49,438 bases of DNA from Collinsella aerofaciens (GTDB lineage Bacteria > Actinomycetota > Coriobacteriia > Coriobacteriales > Coriobacteriaceae), in the NCBI GenBank assembly GCA_030841765.1, contig JAUUSS010000001.1, positions 1 through 49,438 on the forward strand, written 5' to 3'. The translations under genes were made by a program, and so were the position numbers. The notes under the pieces were generated by a model. That model saw only the letters and a program-made list of their open reading frames with translations. It did no database searches and had not been told where the DNA came from. Positions 1 to 7,683 of this stretch are shown here, in pieces. The stretch's first letter is position 1. Every line of letters starts with the position of its first letter.

Positions 1-12
1 GCGATAGATGGC

Positions 13-62
13 GGAAAATGCATCCCGGAATTTATTCTCATTCCGGGATGCATTTTCCTTTT
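13..62 (+). terminator. Intrinsic terminator-like hairpin (gene upstream of window)
   Basis: Perfect 19-bp inverted repeat GGAAAATGCATCCCGGAAT (13-31) / ATTCCGGGATGCATTTTCC (40-58), followed by TTTT. Confidence 0.7.
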
Positions 63-220
63 GAGCGCCAGTCGGGAAATTTCCTTTTCATGTGGTTAGA
101 GGAAACTCCATCCCATTTTTTCGCTTTATTCTTTCCGATATTGAGGATTATCTACGGCGACAATTCGCTATAAAGCCTTCTTGATGAGTGGACATGCGCT
201 ACATGGCAAAGGGGCAAATC

Positions 221-229
221 TGCTACACT
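221..229 (+). promoter_or_regulatory. Extended -10 element of tRNA promoter
   Basis: TGcTACACT 10 nt upstream of the tRNA 5' end. Confidence 0.5.
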
Positions 230-239
230 AGTACAACAT

Positions 240-315
240 GCCTCCGTAGCTCAGGGGATAGAGCACCGCTCTCCTAAAGCGGGTGTCGACGGTTCGAATC
301 CGCCCGGGGGCACCA
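240..315 (+). tRNA. tRNA-Arg (anticodon CCT)
   Basis: Cloverleaf: acceptor GCCTCCG/CGGGGGC, D arm GCTC..GAGC, anticodon arm CCGCT-ctCCTaa-AGCGG, T loop TTCGAAT, encoded CCA. Confidence 0.96.
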
Positions 316-323
316 GGGAATAT

Positions 324-351
324 GACGGCGTCGCGGGAGCGGCGCCGTTTC
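324..351 (+). terminator. Hairpin after tRNA
   Basis: GACGGCGTCGC-ggga-GCGGCGCCGTT followed by T residues. Confidence 0.5.
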
Positions 352-404
352 TGGTTTGCGGGGGCCGCCGTGCTGCTCGCCCGTGGGGGATGGGCATCTG
401 TTTC

Positions 405-1635
405 CTAGAGTGTGCTGCGGTAAATCTTTCTCGCGTCGTCCAGCGTGAGCTTCTTGAAGCTGCCGAAGAGCTCTCCGCGGTTGATCTTGAGGTCCGGAAT
501 CATCTTTTCGATATCGTCCTCGGTGACTCCGAACTCCGATAGCGTGCGCGGCATTCCCAGCGAGACGTTGAAATCCTGCAGCTCGTCGATGGTCGCTTCG
601 ACCGCGTACTCGATTGCCTGCTCGGGGGTTACCTCCACATCGAGCTCGTCCGCGTCCGAATCGACGGGTTCGACGCCAAAGGCCTGGGCGCTGAACTCCA
701 GGAAGCGCTCGGGGTGCTCTCGCCATGCGTAGCGCAACCAGGCGGGGAAGATGACGGCGAGGCCGGCGTCGTGCGTGATCTTGGTGTCCAGTGCGGACAG
801 CTCGTGCTCAAGGACGTGGCAGGTCCAATCGCCGTCGCGCAGGCCGAGGACACCCAGGCCGCAGCCGGCGAGGCCGTTATGGGCGAGCGTACCCACCCAC
901 ATGATCTCGGCGCGGGCGTCGTAGTCATCTGGGTTCTCCATCACCTTGGACGCCGCCTCCATCGCAGCGCGCACTGGCCCGCAGGCGCTGTTGTCGGTTA
1001 CGCCCACGGCGGGCTCGCCGGAGAAGAGTCGCTCCATGTATGGGCGATCATGTCGGTCACTCCCGCGGCGGTCTGGTAGGCGGGCAGGGTGAAGGTCAGT
1101 TCCGGGTCGAGGAAGGCGATGGCTGGGCGGTTGAGGTCCGTGTTAATGCCGCATTTGAGGTGCTCCTCGTCGTTGCTGATAACGCAGGAGTTAGAGGCCT
1201 CGGACCCGATGCGGGGATGGTCGCCACGCAGGCGACGTCGATGCGGTCGGCGGGAACGGCGCGCTTGCGGAAGAAGTCCCATACGTCGCCGTCGTATACC
1301 GCCCCCAGCGCGATGGCCTTCGCGCAGTCCATGGCTGAGCCGCCGCCCACGGGCAGGATGATGTCGACGTCGTTTTCCCGTGCGAGCTCGACGCCTTCTC
1401 GCACCAAGCCTATTTCGGGGTTTGGACGCACCCCTCTAAGCTCGATGTGCTCCACGCCCGCGGCGTCGAGCGATGCCTTCACGTGGCCGAGCGTTCCGCA
1501 GCGGACTACGGAACCCTTGCCGTAGACAATGAGCGCTCGGCGGTGGCCGGAGACGGACAGGGTCTCCCCAACCTTGTCGGTCACTTTTCGTCCAAAGACA
1601 AAGCGGGTGGGGGAGTAGAGGGAGAAATCGTTCAT
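405..1635 (-). pseudogene. Iron-containing (NADH-dependent butanol dehydrogenase-like) alcohol dehydrogenase, two frameshifts
   Basis: MNDFSLYSPTRFVFG..GVRPNP..GGGSAMDCAK in ORF 1096-1635; GSEASNSCVI..LDPELTFTLPAYQTAAGVTDMIAH in a second frame; HVLEHELSA..THDAGLA in ORF 405-1037. Frame changes near 1204 and 1039. Confidence 0.88.
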
Positions 1636-1889
1636 GGAGCTCCAATCTGGCGTTTCGCCCTACATGCGCGGAGGAGTTTTTCGGGCGCATCGCCTGCATT
1701 CGCGTCGCAATCTCGGCGGCGCGGTGCGGTCCGTGGATTCCATCGTATCGCCCGCGGCATCCCTTACCGACGATTGGGGCGAGTCTGCATTTCGCGGCGC
1801 GACGTCCACCTGGCGGACGATATCCGTTCGCGACACGTGGCCGTCCCGGTCGCAATAGCGTATGCGCACCGGGTCGCCGAGATGGGCCT

Positions 1890-2022
1890 GTGACCCCTTC
1901 TCCTGATGCGAGCGCGCGAGACGGACGAGCAGCGGCGCGAGCACCTGCTCGACCGTCTCCTCCCGATACCACGCCGCCACGGGCAACCCGTTCACGTCAA
2001 ACCCGTACGTTCGCCATGCCAT
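1890..2022 (-). pseudogene. N-terminal remnant resembling YggC-like P-loop kinase
   Basis: MAWRTYGFDVNGLPVAAWYREETVEQVLAPLLVRLA resembles the YggC N-terminus (VNGL.I.A.Y..E..E....PLL..LA); breaks off before any Walker A. Confidence 0.45.
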
Positions 2023-2129
2023 TCGCCTCGCCGCCTTCGCCGAACGAAACCGCGTATCCAGACCGCCGGTCCCCAACCCAGCACTTCGACGAGCCTTCGC
2101 GCGCACTTCTGCGGTCGGGATGCGCCCGT

Positions 2130-2629
2130 GAGGCGCTCGGCAGGCAGCGCCATTGCCGCTCGCTGTGTCGAGCGCGAGTGTCGAGAAGTCGCCACATGCC
2201 ACTCAGATGTAGCATGGAGTGCCGAAGCGCACGCGCCCGTGACGAAACACTGGCGCCAACCCGTTCCGCGCACCACCCCGCCCGTAAGGTGTGTGGCGAA
2301 AGGAGGACCAGCCGCATGAACATCCCCGAGACACAGAGCCTACCTCGATCGCATTCCGCACGAGCTTCTCTGACATTTCCGCCCATTACCACGTGGAGGT
2401 CCCCGTCACGGAGATCGCCTACGCATACGACTACATCAATTCCCGGCATGCCCCTCGCAGGCAGGCCACGCTGAACGACGGGTCCGCGGCCCGGCAGGAA
2501 GAATGACGCGCCTCGGCACAGGCCATGCCGAAACGCGTCACGCAAGCAAAGGAAGGAAGCCAACATCACATGAGCATCATCGCAGCACGCATCGACAACC
2601 GCCTGCTACACGGCATAGTGGCAACCCAG
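2130..2629 (+). repeat. Duplicated segment, copy 1 (homologous to 7497-7733 joined to 10286-10533)
   Basis: Near-identical promoter/RBS/start, regulator 3' end and IIB 5' end at both locations. Confidence 0.92.
2316..2506 (+). pseudogene. Internally deleted copy of the LevR-like activator
   Basis: AGGAGG + ATGAACATCCCCGAGACACAG start joined at GCAT (2351-2354) to the last ~50 codons (FRTSFSDISAHYHVEVPVTEIAYAYDYINS). Confidence 0.9.
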
Positions 2630-3058
2630 TGGGTACCCGAGTTCCGTCCGCAGCGTCTCATGGTCATCGATGACATCGTCGCCAACGACCCGACCAAGAA
2701 GGCTGCCATGCGGATGGCAAAGCCCTCGGGAGTCGCCCTCTCCATTATCAACAAGGAGACGGCTCTCGCGAACTATCGGGCGGGCAAGTACGACGACCAC
2801 ACGGTCTTCATCGTGGCGCGAGACCCCCAGACCATCCTCGACGTCATACAGACGGGCCAGGTTGTTCCCACACTCGTGGTCGGAGGCACAGTCTTTCCCG
2901 AAGAGGGGTCAGACGCCGTCCAGGTGAGCAGTCGCGCCTACGTCACCAAAGACGAGCTGCCCGCATATCGAGCGATTGCTGGCACCGGCTGCGATATCAC
3001 CGTTCGCTATGTGCCGGCCGACAAGCCCGTAGAGCTCTCCAGCATCATCACGCTTTAG
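2570..3058 (+). CDS. PTS mannose/fructose/sorbose family IIB component
   Basis: MSIIAARIDNRLLHGIVATQW (RID.RL.HG with phospho-His); RBS AGGAAGG. Confidence 0.92.
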   Translation: MSIIAARIDNRLLHGIVATQWVPEFRPQRLMVIDDIVANDPTKKAAMRMAKPSGVALSIINKETALANYRAGKYDDHTVFIVARDPQTILDVIQTGQVVPTLVVGGTVFPEEGSDAVQVSSRAYVTKDELPAYRAIAGTGCDITVRYVPADKPVELSSIITL

Positions 3059-3073
3059 CAAGGGAGTGAACTT

Positions 3074-3849
3074 ATGACACCATCCATCATCCAGATAGCC
3101 GTCGTTACACTCATCGCCTTCATCTACGGAGCCGAGAAGAACGCGGGACAAATTCTCACGAACATGTCCGTCACGCCAGCATGGTTCGTCGGACTTGCGC
3201 CGACGGCGACCCCGTAACCGGCCTCGCCGTCGGCGCCATCGTCCAACTCATGAGCCTGGGCGTGGCGGCCATGGGAGGAGCCTCCGTCCCCGACTATCCC
3301 ACTGCCGCCATCATTGGCGCCGTCGTTGCCATCACCTCGGGTCAGGAGGCGAGCGTCGGCGTTGCCGCCGGAATCGCAGTCGGCATGCTCGGCCTTCAGC
3401 TCGACGTCATCGCCAAGACGGCAAACGGCTTCCTCGGGCGTGCCTCGCAGCGCTTTGCCGAAGAGGGCAAGTACTCGCAGATGAAGAGCGTACTTTTCCT
3501 CGGTCCGGTCTTCTATGGCCTTACGGCGGCCATCCCCACGTTTGCCGTACTGCTCTTTGGCGCCGATGCCGTCAACGCTTTCCTCTCCGTCATGCCCTCC
3601 TGGTTCACGACCGGCCTCTCCATCGCCGCCGGTATCCTCCCCGTCGTCGGCCTTGCGATGCTTCTGTCCTTCATGCCAATGAAGAAGTTCATCGCCTACG
3701 CCATCGTTGGCTTCGTTCTGGCCGCCTACCTGCAGATAAGCATTCTCCCCATCGCCCTGCTCGGTGCCGCCGCGGCCATCGAGTACTACAAGTCGCACAG
3801 CAATCCGTCCGTAAACGCCCTCGACGCTGGAGGTCTGGAAGATGAGTAA
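3074..3849 (+). pseudogene. PTS mannose family IIC component, frameshifted near 3200
   Basis: GGGAG RBS + ATG 3074 gives hydrophobic MTPSIIQIAVVTLIAFIYG..AWFVGLA then a stop. GDPVTGLAVGAIVQLMSLG..GGASVPDY..GILPVVGLAMLL continues in another frame. Confidence 0.82.
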
Positions 3850-4702
3850 CGAAGTTAACGCCACCAAGGCAAACGAAGCGCCAACCTGCCTGGCAGACGG
3901 AACGTACCAGCCAGTCCTCACCGTTTCCGATCTCGACCGTTGCGGCCGCCGCTGGATGCTCGGCGCGTCCATCTATAACTATGAGTCCCAGTGTGCCCCG
4001 GCGGTCATGTTCGCAACCGAACCCGCCCTGCGCAAGATCTATGCAGGAGACGAGGAGGGCTACCGCAGGTCACTTCTGAGCACCTATCGCTATTACAATG
4101 CGACTCCCCAGGTAAGCGGCCTGCTCCTCGGCGCCGGCCTAGCCTTGGAGGACAAGGGGCACAATGACGCCATCGACGCGGTCCAAGACCTTAAGATTGG
4201 CCTCATGGGCTCCCTCTCAGGAGTCGGCGACACGATCTTCGCCATCCTCATTCCCACCATCTTCGGCTCCATCGCCGCCTACATGGGACAGGCGGGAAAC
4301 CCCGTCGGCGTGCTTCTCTGGCTTGCCGTCGCCATCGCCATCTTCGTATGGAAGCTCTTTGACTGGCGCATAGGCTATAAGTTCGGCGACAAGCTCTTCA
4401 CGACCCTTGCCGAGAAGATGTCCGTTTTCACCGAGTCGACGTCGGCACTTGGCATGATGGTCGTCGGTGCGCTCATCCCCACCGTCATCAAGGTCTCGTG
4501 TGGTCTCACGTTCACCATGGGTGAAGTTACGCTCGACGTCCAGACGGGCATCCTCGACCAAATCATGGTCGGCATGCTGCCCGTAATAGCCACAGCCATC
4601 GTCTACGCCCTCGTCAAGCGCAAGGTCAGCATCAACAAGATTGTCCTCGGCATCCTCATCATCTCGTGGGTGTGCGCGGCTTTCGGCATTCTTGCTGCCT
4701 AG
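3842..4702 (+). CDS. PTS mannose family IID component
   Basis: YNYESQ, YYNATP, LKIGLMGSLSGVGDTIF motifs. Confidence 0.92.
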   Translation: MSNEVNATKANEAPTCLADGTYQPVLTVSDLDRCGRRWMLGASIYNYESQCAPAVMFATEPALRKIYAGDEEGYRRSLLSTYRYYNATPQVSGLLLGAGLALEDKGHNDAIDAVQDLKIGLMGSLSGVGDTIFAILIPTIFGSIAAYMGQAGNPVGVLLWLAVAIAIFVWKLFDWRIGYKFGDKLFTTLAEKMSVFTESTSALGMMVVGALIPTVIKVSCGLTFTMGEVTLDVQTGILDQIMVGMLPVIATAIVYALVKRKVSINKIVLGILIISWVCAAFGILAA

Positions 4703-4735
4703 CCTAGGGCTAGACCAACCCACAAAGGACGCATT

Positions 4736-5140
4736 ATGAGGCACATCATCATTGCATCGCACTACGGCCTGGCAGCCGGACTCGGAGACACGCTCAAGGC
4801 CATCATAGGACCGGGGCACGACATCAGGGTTGTCTGCGCGTTTACAGACGAAACCCCGCTCGAGGAGAAGCTCGCCAGCGCATTCGAGGGCATCGCCGAA
4901 GATGACGAGACCCTCGTTCTCACCGACATCCTTCAGGGCAGCGTAAACCAGCTCGTAGCCTGCTCGGCTCCGCGAGGCGCGTTCATAGTGACCGGCGTAA
5001 ACCTTCCCGTGGCCCTCGAGCTCTCGCTCCACGCCGGACAGCTTACTCCCGATGTGGTGAGGCATGTCGTCACCCAAGCCAAAGAGCAGCTCGTCTACCT
5101 CGGAGATCTGACTCCGGACGTTGACGAAGAAGACGAATAG
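4736..5140 (+). CDS. PTS mannose family IIA component
   Basis: IIIASHYGLA, VLTDILQGSVNQ, VTGVNLPVALE. Confidence 0.9.
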   Translation: MRHIIIASHYGLAAGLGDTLKAIIGPGHDIRVVCAFTDETPLEEKLASAFEGIAEDDETLVLTDILQGSVNQLVACSAPRGAFIVTGVNLPVALELSLHAGQLTPDVVRHVVTQAKEQLVYLGDLTPDVDEEDE

Positions 5141-5169
5141 GAAAGACGCGACAGTAAGGAGGACGAGAC

Positions 5170-6606
5170 ATGCGCAAAGTCCCGACCAATAACCAGCACC
5201 TGTTCTACCAACCGAAGGACGTGTGGGTGGGAGACGTCATGCCCTTCGGCAAGGACGGCACGTTCTATCTATACCACCAGCGTGACACGCGCGACCCCGC
5301 TCCGCTTGCCGAAGGACAGCCCTTTGGGTGGTCGCTCGCGACCACCCAGGACTTCGTGACGTACCAGGAACACGGAACGGCGATCCCCCACGGCGGAGAA
5401 GACGACCAAGACCAGTTCATCTACGCCGGAACCGTCTACGAGGCAAAAGGGGAGGTACGCGCTTTCTATACCGGGTTCAACCGCAACTACCTGCGAGAAG
5501 GCAAAACGTCCCAGGTGCTCATGCAGGCGAAGGCCTGCTCGGATGATTATGCGACGTGGAAAAAGACGGGTGTTGCAGCAGAGCTCACGCCTCAGCCAGG
5601 ATACGATGGGCGCAACTGGCGCGACCCTTTCGTAATATGGGATGACGACCGGAAGGAATACCTCCTCGTACTGGGCACGCGTAAGGGAGACGACCCCTCC
5701 AAAACCCTCCAAACTGGCAGGCTCGTTCACTTTACGTCGAAGGACCTCGAGCACTGGCAGTTCAAGGGCGACTTTTGGGCCCCCGGCCTCTACACCATGT
5801 TCGAAATGCCAGACATTTTCAAAATTGGCGATTGGTGGTACCTGGTCTACTCTGAGTACAGCGACGAGAACAAGATCGTCTACCGCATGAGCCGCGATCT
5901 CTACGGTCCGTGGGAGAAGCCGAGAGATGACGCCTTCGACGGGAGGGCGTATTACGCCGGACGGACCGCCTTCGACGGATCGCGCAGGATTCTGTCCGGC
6001 TGGGTCCCCACGCGCGAGAACGACGATGACCGGGCCAACTGGCTTTGGGGTGGCTCGTTTATGCCCCATGAGGTGTACCAGCGCCCCAATGGCACCCTCG
6101 GCGTTCGCCCTCCCCAAAGCATAAGGGATGCGTTCGAGTGCCCTGATGCCGTCCCGGATATCGAGCTTCGCGGAGACCACGAACGAACGGAGTGCGTAAT
6201 CACCGAAAACGCAGGCGAGATCTTCTGCTTCGAGGCAGACGTGACGTTCAGGGACGCTTGCGACTTCTCAATTCGAGCCTACAAGAATCTCGAGACCGAC
6301 GAGTCGTACGAATACCGCTTCGACCTCGACGCGAATCGGCTCTCGTTCGACAAGAGTCCCTGTTACAAGTGGTTCCGCGTAATGGATAAGGGGCTTTGGA
6401 GGCCAGTCTGGCTCGAGTCCGGGCGTTCTTACCACCTGCAGCTCATCGTTGACGACAACATCCTCGTCCTCTACCTCGACGGTACCGCACTCACGACACG
6501 CGTCTGCGAGAAGTTCGGCCACTCGCTTGCTGTTACGGTAACGAATGGCGAACTCAAACTGTCCAACATAGCCTTGGCGAAGGGGCTGCGCGAACAGGAA
6601 AAGTAA
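5170..6606 (+). CDS. Glycoside hydrolase family 32 (beta-fructofuranosidase-like, cytoplasmic)
   Basis: WVGDVMP nucleophile, WRDP, FEMPD acid/base, YYAGRT; no signal peptide; AGGAGG RBS. Confidence 0.85.
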   Translation: MRKVPTNNQHLFYQPKDVWVGDVMPFGKDGTFYLYHQRDTRDPAPLAEGQPFGWSLATTQDFVTYQEHGTAIPHGGEDDQDQFIYAGTVYEAKGEVRAFYTGFNRNYLREGKTSQVLMQAKACSDDYATWKKTGVAAELTPQPGYDGRNWRDPFVIWDDDRKEYLLVLGTRKGDDPSKTLQTGRLVHFTSKDLEHWQFKGDFWAPGLYTMFEMPDIFKIGDWWYLVYSEYSDENKIVYRMSRDLYGPWEKPRDDAFDGRAYYAGRTAFDGSRRILSGWVPTRENDDDRANWLWGGSFMPHEVYQRPNGTLGVRPPQSIRDAFECPDAVPDIELRGDHERTECVITENAGEIFCFEADVTFRDACDFSIRAYKNLETDESYEYRFDLDANRLSFDKSPCYKWFRVMDKGLWRPVWLESGRSYHLQLIVDDNILVLYLDGTALTTRVCEKFGHSLAVTVTNGELKLSNIALAKGLREQEK

Positions 6607-6798
6607 GCCAGTGAACCTCGTCGCCACAGCGACTCCCCCAGCAAAACATGCGAACAACGGGTCCGGCCGCATTTCGGCGACCGGACCCGTCCTGCGCCCT
6701 GATGGCACATGGCCCCAGGCTGCCGACAGCAAGGCGGCCTTAGGGGCCTCGCTTACAGGTTGCGGAGCGCGTCGACGAGGGGGCCTTGTCCTCGGCGA

Positions 6799-6915
6799 CT
6801 CGTTGGCCTGCTTGATGACCTTCGCGGACACGCCGGTCACCACGGCACCGGCCGGCACGTCCTCCACGCATGCGGCACCGGTGGCCACCGTGGCGCCCTT
6901 GCCCACGCGAACATG
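6799..6915 (-). pseudogene. C-terminal hexapeptide-repeat acyltransferase remnant (DapH/DapD-like)
   Basis: HVRVGKGATVATGAACVEDVPAGAVVTGVSAKVIKQ; fused to the dapA remnant. Confidence 0.6.
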
Positions 6916-6916
6916 C

Positions 6917-7403
6917 GCATGATGTTGGGGTGGGCGGCCAGACGCTCCACGTTGGCCGCGCTGATGCTGCAGCCGGTGCGCCCGGGGATGTTGTAGATGA
7001 TGCAGGGGATGTCCACCGCGCTGGCCGTGTGAACGAGGCACTGGTAGATGTCCTCCTCGTTGGACTTGTTGCAGTACGGCGAGATGATGAGCGGGGCGTC
7101 GGCGTTCAGCTTCTAGTACGTGAGGCTCTTGCGCGCCTGCGTGGCCGTGCAGTTGGAGCCCGAACCGGCGATGGCCGGCACGTGCCCGGCCACGTGCTCC
7201 ACGACTAACTTGACGACCTCGTTGTTTTCCTCGTCGGTCATCGTGGCTGACTTGCCGGTGGTGCCCAGTGTGAGGATGGCGTCGGTGCCGCTCTCGATCT
7301 GGAGTTCGAGCAGCATCTCGAGCTGGGCAAAGTTGACGGAGCCGTCCTCGTCGAATGGCGTGACGAGCGCGATTATGGAACCCTCGAGCTTGCGGACGTC
7401 CAT
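6917..7403 (-). pseudogene. dapA: 4-hydroxy-tetrahydrodipicolinate synthase remnant (internal TAG, truncated)
   Basis: GSIIALVTPF, LGTTG, GSGSNCT, stop at 7113-7115, then ISPYCNK, IIYNIPGRTG, AAHPNI; ends before the Schiff-base Lys. Confidence 0.85.
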
Positions 7404-7683
7404 GGTTTCCTGCCTTTCCGAGCCGTCCGGGCGCGGGGCGTCCGCGCCAGCGGCAGAGTCGGTTCGAGCGATGTAGCCAGAGACGGAGCAAACGGCGAGG
7501 CGCTCGGCGGACAGCGCCGTTGCCGCTCGCTGTGTCGAGCGCAAGTGTCGAGAAGTCGCCATATGTCACTACAGATGTATCATGGAGTGCCGAAGTGCAC
7601 GCGCCCGTGACGGAACGCGGGCGCCAACCCGTCCCGAGCACCACCCCGCCCGTAAGGTGTGGGACGAAAGGAGGACCAGCCGC

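Noticed and set aside
7582..7683. Upstream start of the activator given by the ORF track
   Set aside because: AGGAGG precedes ATG 7684; the extension is not protein-like
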